A DNA stretch of 64,000 bases from Candidatus Saccharimonadales bacterium. GTDB lineage: Bacteria; Patescibacteriota; Saccharimonadia; Saccharimonadales; SZUA-47. The position numbers and the translations under genes were made by a program. The notes under the pieces were generated by a model, which worked only from the letters and a program-made list of their open reading frames with translations, was not told the DNA's origin and ran no database searches. Each line of letters starts with the position of its first letter. The first letter of the stretch is position 1. Below are positions 58,930 to 64,000 of the stretch, piece by piece. The stretch covers positions 17,648-81,647 of the forward strand of contig JBBQVE010000001.1 in NCBI GenBank assembly GCA_038211855.1, read 5' to 3'.

Positions 58930-59456
58930 GCGTCTGGAGCCGGCATCATGGTTACTGAATTTAACGGAAAGTAAGTGTAGCACAAGGCCTCATCCAGATT
59001 TAACAGATCGAGTTCGGTCACGCTTTTTATGAATATATCGGTTTTTCTTGCCCCGATACAGATACCGGGGGTGTCTATGGTATGGTCGCGCATAACGACA
59101 TCCAGATAGAAAGCGTCAATATCGCTCGCAAATGGCCGATGGGCCGAAGCAGGCAGAGGTTCGCCGTTCTTCGCTACAGTTTTCATGCTGTATTCGGCGC
59201 TAAAGCGGCGACGGTTGAGTATAAGATCTTCCGGAGTCACTTCCCTGTCTGGGTGTATCGGGACAAGATTATGTTCCTCGAACAAGTATTCCTGCATGGG
59301 CGTCAGCAAGACGGGCATGCGCCTAGTGATAGCCGTACGGCATTGATTTGACCGCTGATTTTCCCAGTGGCCTAATACCGCGCGGGCTTTTTCGAGAGAT
59401 GGACCGCCTTCAAGGGGGCTTAAACGAACAGGCATAATCATTATACTATAATACAA
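58926..59456 (-). CDS. Hypothetical protein
   Basis: ORF only. Confidence 0.3.
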   Translation of the reverse strand: MYYSIMIMPVRLSPLEGGPSLEKARAVLGHWENQRSNQCRTAITRRMPVLLTPMQEYLFEEHNLVPIHPDREVTPEDLILNRRRFSAEYSMKTVAKNGEPLPASAHRPFASDIDAFYLDVVMRDHTIDTPGICIGARKTDIFIKSVTELDLLNLDEALCYTYFPLNSVTMMPAPDA

Positions 59457-59494
59457 ATACGAAAAATTACAACTAAACTGTGAAGAACTGACTT

Positions 59495-60667
59495 TTATGC
59501 GTCAAGACTAACCGAGAAGATTGAGCCTTTGCCGACAGTCGAAAAAGCTTCCAGACTGCCACCGTGGAGGTCAATAATACGTTTCGCCCAATAGAGTCCT
59601 AGACCAGTACCGCCAAAGGTTTCGCTCAGTGGGTTAATGATACGACGGAACTTCTGGAACAGCTTTTGCAGGTCGCTTTTGCTGATGCCGACGCCTTCGT
59701 CTTTGACATCAATAATCGCCCGACCCGGCTTGTAGCCGATCGTGATGTTGATGGTTTTGCCAGCCGGCGTGTATCTGTGAGCATTGTCGAGCAGGTTTTC
59801 GATGACTATACGGAACTGAGCGACATCGATGTTGGCCATTATTTCTGGACGCACAGTTTTGAACTGTAAACGTTGCTGTTTAAGTTCTATTTGTTGGGTG
59901 TGCTCGCTGATGACTTCTTTAACGACGCTGACGAGGTCAGTTTGAGATTTTTTGAGTTCAAAGTAGCCGGAGTCGACGCGGGCGACTTTGAGCAGGTCGT
60001 CGACGATACGCAACTGCCGGTCACTGCTTTCGTAAGCGACGTCGAGCATCTGCTTTTGAGCATCCGTCAGGTCGCCAAAATACCCCTCTCGTAGCATACT
60101 AATGTATTGGCGGACGCCACTGACTGGTGTGCGCAACTGATGACTCGCAAGCGCAATAAAGTCGTCTTTGGCTTCACCTAAAGCCTGTAGATGTGCGGCT
60201 TTTTCTTTGAGCATCTGTGAGTGAAGTCGCAAGGCACGGCTGTTACTGCGGGCCGTCTGGACCTCATGCTGATATTTTTTGCGCTCCATAGCGTAGCGGA
60301 TTGAACGGACAAGCGTCGATTGATCAAACTGGCCCTTTAGCAGATAATCTTCGGCACCTTTTTGGAGTGCACTGATAGCAAGGTCTTCTTCGTCCTTACC
60401 GGCCAGGAATACAACCGGTAAATTGGCGGCGACGCGTTTGAGACGCTGGAAGGTTTTGAGGGCTTTGGCATCAGGCAGCGTGACGTCACAAAGGATGATA
60501 TCGATCAATTTATCGGCACGGACCATGCGGGCAGCTTGTTCAAGGGTGGTGGCTTCAAGGATAAGATAGGCGCCTCCACTCGATTGTAGGGTGCTCTTTA
60601 TAAAGTCGCTGTCAGCTGCGTGGGCAGCAACGATTACGAGCCTGATAGTTTTTGTAGCCTCTAACAC
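59495..60667 (-). CDS. Hybrid sensor: N-terminal receiver domain fused to histidine kinase (HisKA + HATPase_c), cytoplasmic
   Basis: 390 aa. The receiver has ...IILCDVTLPD... and YLLKGQ. The H-box is LASHQLRTPVSGV, the N-box is NLLDNAHRYT, and GGTGLGL is present. Confidence 0.7.
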   Translation of the reverse strand: MLEATKTIRLVIVAAHAADSDFIKSTLQSSGGAYLILEATTLEQAARMVRADKLIDIILCDVTLPDAKALKTFQRLKRVAANLPVVFLAGKDEEDLAISALQKGAEDYLLKGQFDQSTLVRSIRYAMERKKYQHEVQTARSNSRALRLHSQMLKEKAAHLQALGEAKDDFIALASHQLRTPVSGVRQYISMLREGYFGDLTDAQKQMLDVAYESSDRQLRIVDDLLKVARVDSGYFELKKSQTDLVSVVKEVISEHTQQIELKQQRLQFKTVRPEIMANIDVAQFRIVIENLLDNAHRYTPAGKTINITIGYKPGRAIIDVKDEGVGISKSDLQKLFQKFRRIINPLSETFGGTGLGLYWAKRIIDLHGGSLEAFSTVGKGSIFSVSLDA

Positions 60668-60787
60668 AGATGCTCCCCCGTTAGTTGAACGGTTTAAATC
60701 ACAATATCATATAGTTGCAGGGATAGAAATCATAAGCAAAAATAATCTTCCCACCCCTTATGCTTACGCATCTTGCGGGACTTTATT

Positions 60788-61027
60788 TCAGCCGAGGAAC
60801 CAATCCATTTCGTTGTCATTGAACTTTAATTCAAAAGTGCCGTTTTTGTCGGCTGCTGTAAAGACATGCACATCCAGGCCGTTCTCGAGTTCGGTGTGGT
60901 AGTTGGCGATGTTGGTCACCTCATATGACTTCCCTTGCCAGCTAATTCGGAAAGGTCGCATAGCGGGCGCGCTACCTTTACCGTTCCGATTATTTCTCTC
61001 TGGAGCGATAGCGATATTCTTTGACAT
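60788..61027 (-). CDS. Hypothetical protein (79 aa)
   Basis: ORF only. It is tightly packed with two more small genes. Confidence 0.3.
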   Translation of the reverse strand: MSKNIAIAPERNNRNGKGSAPAMRPFRISWQGKSYEVTNIANYHTELENGLDVHVFTAADKNGTFELKFNDNEMDWFLG

Positions 61028-61028
61028 A

Positions 61029-61265
61029 TTACCTCCAATTGCATACGGATACCTTTAATTCTGGCAAGAGCAGCCGGGCTTCGGCGATGGCCATACCGGC
61101 ACGAATACCAAGGATTTTGGCCTCACGGCTGGCGGCGGTGATAACGCAGTGATTGATGTCGCGCAGCGCCTTACGCTTGCGGCCCGAGGTGTCGATGGCA
61201 AACGCCCAACTGCGGGCAATTTGCTCTTTGGTGGTCATGTTGAGGGTGAGTTGGATTTCTTTCAT
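61029..61265 (-). pseudogene. Y-family polymerase (ImuB/DinB-like) N-terminal fragment, 78 aa
   Basis: ALRDINHCVITAASREAKILGIRAGMAIAEARLLLPEL resembles the conserved LR..PV.V..S..RGVV.AASYEAR.FGVRSGMP...A..LCPEL block of Y-family polymerases. Catalytic DMD residues are replaced (RSWAFAIDTS), and the ORF stops after 78 codons. Confidence 0.3.
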
Positions 61266-61279
61266 AAGAGGGTTCCCTT

Positions 61280-61546
61280 CTATAAACTTCTGCTGCTGAG
61301 CAGCTTCCAGCGGTTATTACCTGGTTCAAAGCTGAGGCGGTACAAGTTTTGGCCGTCAGTCATGTTGAAGATTTCGATCAGTTCTTGGCCCTTTCTGACC
61401 ATGCAGCGCAGGCCATTCTCTAAGAAATTGAGCTGATGACCTTGCTCGTCTTCGATACGGCGTGGAAAGCTTTTTTGGGTGGAGCCGTGTGGAAAATAGT
61501 AGGAAGTGACATTGATTTCGCGGGCTTCTTTTACTCCTTGGTTCAT
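61280..61546 (-). CDS. Hypothetical protein (88 aa from the second ATG)
   Basis: AAGGAG abuts the first ATG (spacing 0), so the second ATG at 61546 (spacing 6) is preferred. Confidence 0.3.
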   Translation of the reverse strand: MNQGVKEAREINVTSYYFPHGSTQKSFPRRIEDEQGHQLNFLENGLRCMVRKGQELIEIFNMTDGQNLYRLSFEPGNNRWKLLSSRSL

Positions 61547-61814
61547 GTACATCTCCTTGATTTATGGGTACTTTTAAAAGACGACTGATAACATTTCAGC
61601 CGGAACGGATAGGAGCGGACGAGTTGCCCTGGTCTGCGCACACCGTCCGAGTGCGGGACACTTAAGGGGTAACTTAGATGTATATGTGGCTGCAGCAGTG
61701 ACCGAAGTATGCTTGCCAAGGAGTGCTTTTTGAACCATTGAGGTTCAAGTTATAAAGCCTGGAAACGATGAGTCGGAAAACCTGACCATGCTCCCATAGC
61801 TACTTCTAGTATAC

Positions 61815-61845
61815 GCCTTGCGCAGGTAGTCCGCGCAAAGTTTTT
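61815..61845 (+). terminator. Plus-strand Rho-independent terminator with no upstream plus-strand ORF
   Basis: CTTGCGC-AGGTAGTCC-GCGCAAG forms a 7-bp stem and is followed by TTTTTAT. No A-tract precedes it, so it does not act on the minus strand. Confidence 0.45.
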
Positions 61846-61859
61846 ATGACTACAATTTG

Positions 61860-62459
61860 TTAGTTTTGATCGGGCTCGCGACCAGTGAGGCCGAGTAATT
61901 TATTCTGCAAACTGGCATCCTCCGGTACTTCGATGGCTGCGCCAAAGACGCCCAATTTGCGCCACTCTTCGGCGTGATCCTTGAGCATGTCCCAGATGCT
62001 CTGCACAAGTTCGGCGGGCATGGTGGTATCGGCACCGATTTCAGCCGCAATATCATGGCTGCGCATGCCGCGGAACAAACTAATGTGCTGCAGGTAGTCG
62101 CGGGCTGGCCATTCGCCATAACTGAGGTGAACTTTCCGGTCTAACTCGGTAAAAGCTTCAACTGCAGCTTGGGCCTTTTCAACAATGGCCGCATAACTAG
62201 CCTGAGGATCTTCACCAAGCAAATCACCAGCGTAGGTATCACCAACTTCTTCGGACGTCTTACCAGCCAATGTGTCTGGCACCCAAGCCTCATCAAAAGC
62301 ATGGTAGTTAATAAGCTCGCGCAGACTGAGGTCTTTATCTGGAGCGCTCCAAGAGCGGAAGGACTTTGGCAAAATCATTGTCCACTGAGCGTCTTTGATC
62401 TGAGCCACAACGGCGCTCAACGCCCGGTCGGCGGTCAAAAATAGTGTTTTTTCGTCCAT
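61860..62459 (-). CDS. DinB_2 / MDMPI_N-like four-helix-bundle protein (TIGR03086-like)
   Basis: 199 aa. The N-terminal pattern (DRALSAVVAQIKDAQW...) resembles the maleylpyruvate-isomerase N-terminal-domain family. This is a weak call. Confidence 0.3.
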   Translation of the reverse strand: MDEKTLFLTADRALSAVVAQIKDAQWTMILPKSFRSWSAPDKDLSLRELINYHAFDEAWVPDTLAGKTSEEVGDTYAGDLLGEDPQASYAAIVEKAQAAVEAFTELDRKVHLSYGEWPARDYLQHISLFRGMRSHDIAAEIGADTTMPAELVQSIWDMLKDHAEEWRKLGVFGAAIEVPEDASLQNKLLGLTGREPDQN

Positions 62460-62577
62460 AAAAATACCTCGTTATTACCCCTATTTTACACCCCTGAGGT
62501 AGCTACCTACTAGTAGCGTGTATAAATTAAGGACACATTTATTGTCTTCTCGTCCACTATCTGTTTTAATTATCTGA

Positions 62578-63999
62578 ATGAGTATGGAAGATAAGGTGCG
62601 CCAGTCACGACAGGAGATTCTAGTAAATCATGGCTATGTTGAGCCACTCGCTCCTGGTAGTAACCCTTTTGATATTGATCTTGATACATTAAACGGCATT
62701 GCGAATCGGATGGCCTCCACGGGGTATACGTCAACAAACAGTTCGCTTAGTTTTACAGACATCGGTACAACAACGGAAGAATGGGCCAAAGCTTCCCTCT
62801 TTAGAGGGGGCGACCAACGCTCAGAAGCTGCTTACAAGCGAGCTATCGTTGCTGGCGATCAGGTGATTGGTCCTTACCGCGTCAAAGAAGGACGCGGCTT
62901 AGCGCTCTGGCAGGATTTGCGAGCCGGTTTACGACGTAAACATGGTGATATCTCTTGGGGCATTCTTGGCGGCCGTGGTCAAATCGGTAGCCGTATTATT
63001 GAGCAACTGAAGGATCCAATGATTGCTGCCCGCTCTGGCTTATCAGTCGTACCAGACTTTATTGTCGGCAAGAACGGTCTGTCTCTCGAAGGCGAAGAAA
63101 AAGCTCTGCCTTTTGGCATGAAAACCCTATTGCCAGAAGTGGACCTCCTTTTTGTGGCGATGCCAGGGTATGGTGGCGCAGACAGTCTGACAGACGTACA
63201 TATTGTCCGCCAATTTGCTCGTCGCGGCATTGTCGTTTCGGCAGAAAAAGCCAGCTTTTCGGAGCATTTTGTTGAATACAAGGAGCTTTCCGATGATTTT
63301 AGGCTCTTTGGCTATAATGCGACGGTAGGAGGTGGCACGAGGTTGATGGATAAATTAGCCAGCGACTGTGTGGATGTCAAGAACATCCATGAGCTGCATC
63401 TGGCTCTCAATGGCACGCTCTCATTCTTTATGGGACAAGTCGCCAATGGTGTGGCACCGGGTGTGGCGATTGATCAAGCAATTGATCTGCATTACGCCGA
63501 GCCAGGCGCCGAAGGTGTGGAAGATGTGTTGCGTGCCGAAGCAACATCAGATGTTCCGCGCAAGCTTGCAATTGTTATGAATAAACTGTTATTTACCGAT
63601 CAGACAGCAGTCCATCCTTTAGATTTTGATTTTGACGTCAACGATAAGGATATTCGAACTGCTATACGAGAAGCAGCCGATCGAAGGTTTGTCGTCTCTT
63701 TATATAATCTGGATAAAATGCAGGGTTCTGTTGAAGAGAAGTCCGAGTCGGTTATTGGTGGGTTTACTCAAATGTATGATGGCTGGCTGGTGGTTAGTGG
63801 TTTCCAGCGTTTGAGCCACAACTCCCTTCTGAAGCCATTCGACCGGGCTGGTGCGATCGCAGGTTACTCCGCAGGACTTGGTCCTCATAGTCAAGATGGT
63901 ACACCGTATATGATTGGTGATGGGGCCGGCCGCAAACAAACTGCAAACACTATGCTTGATGATGCTCAACGCCTCATTGCTGCTCAACGGGCAAAATAA
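62578..63999 (+). CDS. hom: Homoserine dehydrogenase family protein with ~110-aa N-terminal extension
   Basis: The Rossmann motif is GILGGRGQIGS. FGYNATVGGGTRLM resembles FEA.VGGGIPII. AEPGAEGVEDVLRAEATSDVPRKLAIV resembles AEADP..DV.G.DAA.KL.IL. Confidence 0.55.
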   Translation: MSMEDKVRQSRQEILVNHGYVEPLAPGSNPFDIDLDTLNGIANRMASTGYTSTNSSLSFTDIGTTTEEWAKASLFRGGDQRSEAAYKRAIVAGDQVIGPYRVKEGRGLALWQDLRAGLRRKHGDISWGILGGRGQIGSRIIEQLKDPMIAARSGLSVVPDFIVGKNGLSLEGEEKALPFGMKTLLPEVDLLFVAMPGYGGADSLTDVHIVRQFARRGIVVSAEKASFSEHFVEYKELSDDFRLFGYNATVGGGTRLMDKLASDCVDVKNIHELHLALNGTLSFFMGQVANGVAPGVAIDQAIDLHYAEPGAEGVEDVLRAEATSDVPRKLAIVMNKLLFTDQTAVHPLDFDFDVNDKDIRTAIREAADRRFVVSLYNLDKMQGSVEEKSESVIGGFTQMYDGWLVVSGFQRLSHNSLLKPFDRAGAIAGYSAGLGPHSQDGTPYMIGDGAGRKQTANTMLDDAQRLIAAQRAK

Positions 64000-64000
64000 T

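Overview
This 64 kb window is densely coding, with about 75 ORFs and no transposase, integrase or CRISPR array. Its gene content (sortase, PEGA and DUF3048 surface proteins, many small secreted or membrane-anchored hypothetical proteins, one F1Fo ATP synthase operon) suggests a small, reduced monoderm-type bacterial genome, possibly CPR/Saccharibacteria-like; that placement is inference only. Housekeeping genes recognised are the ATP synthase operon atpI-like/B/E/F/H/A/G/D/C, gltX, pyrH, smpB, queA, xth, kup, an aquaporin, tRNA-Glu(CTC) and tRNA-Leu(CAA). The findings most worth a second look are: (1) a textbook type-III hammerhead ribozyme motif at 388-446 in a convergent intergenic spacer; (2) a heliorhodopsin at 1015-1776, with end-to-end similarity to heliorhodopsin 48C12 as recalled from memory including the SLVAKS retinal-lysine motif, apparently co-transcribed with a HAD phosphatase; (3) an ATP-grasp island at 32.9-37.5 kb holding an L-amino-acid-ligase-like enzyme, two tandem RimK-like paralogs and a divergent HExxxH (DUF1704/MATCAP-like) metallopeptidase, plus an 826-aa ATP-grasp fusion protein beside a UvrD-type helicase fused to a PD-(D/E)xK nuclease; (4) a small ORF wedged between atpD and atpC; (5) an ORF-free structured region with an orphan plus-strand terminator at 61.55-61.85 kb next to an ImuB/DinB-like fragment. 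All protein calls rest on motif recognition from memory and should be confirmed by HMM and BLAST searches.
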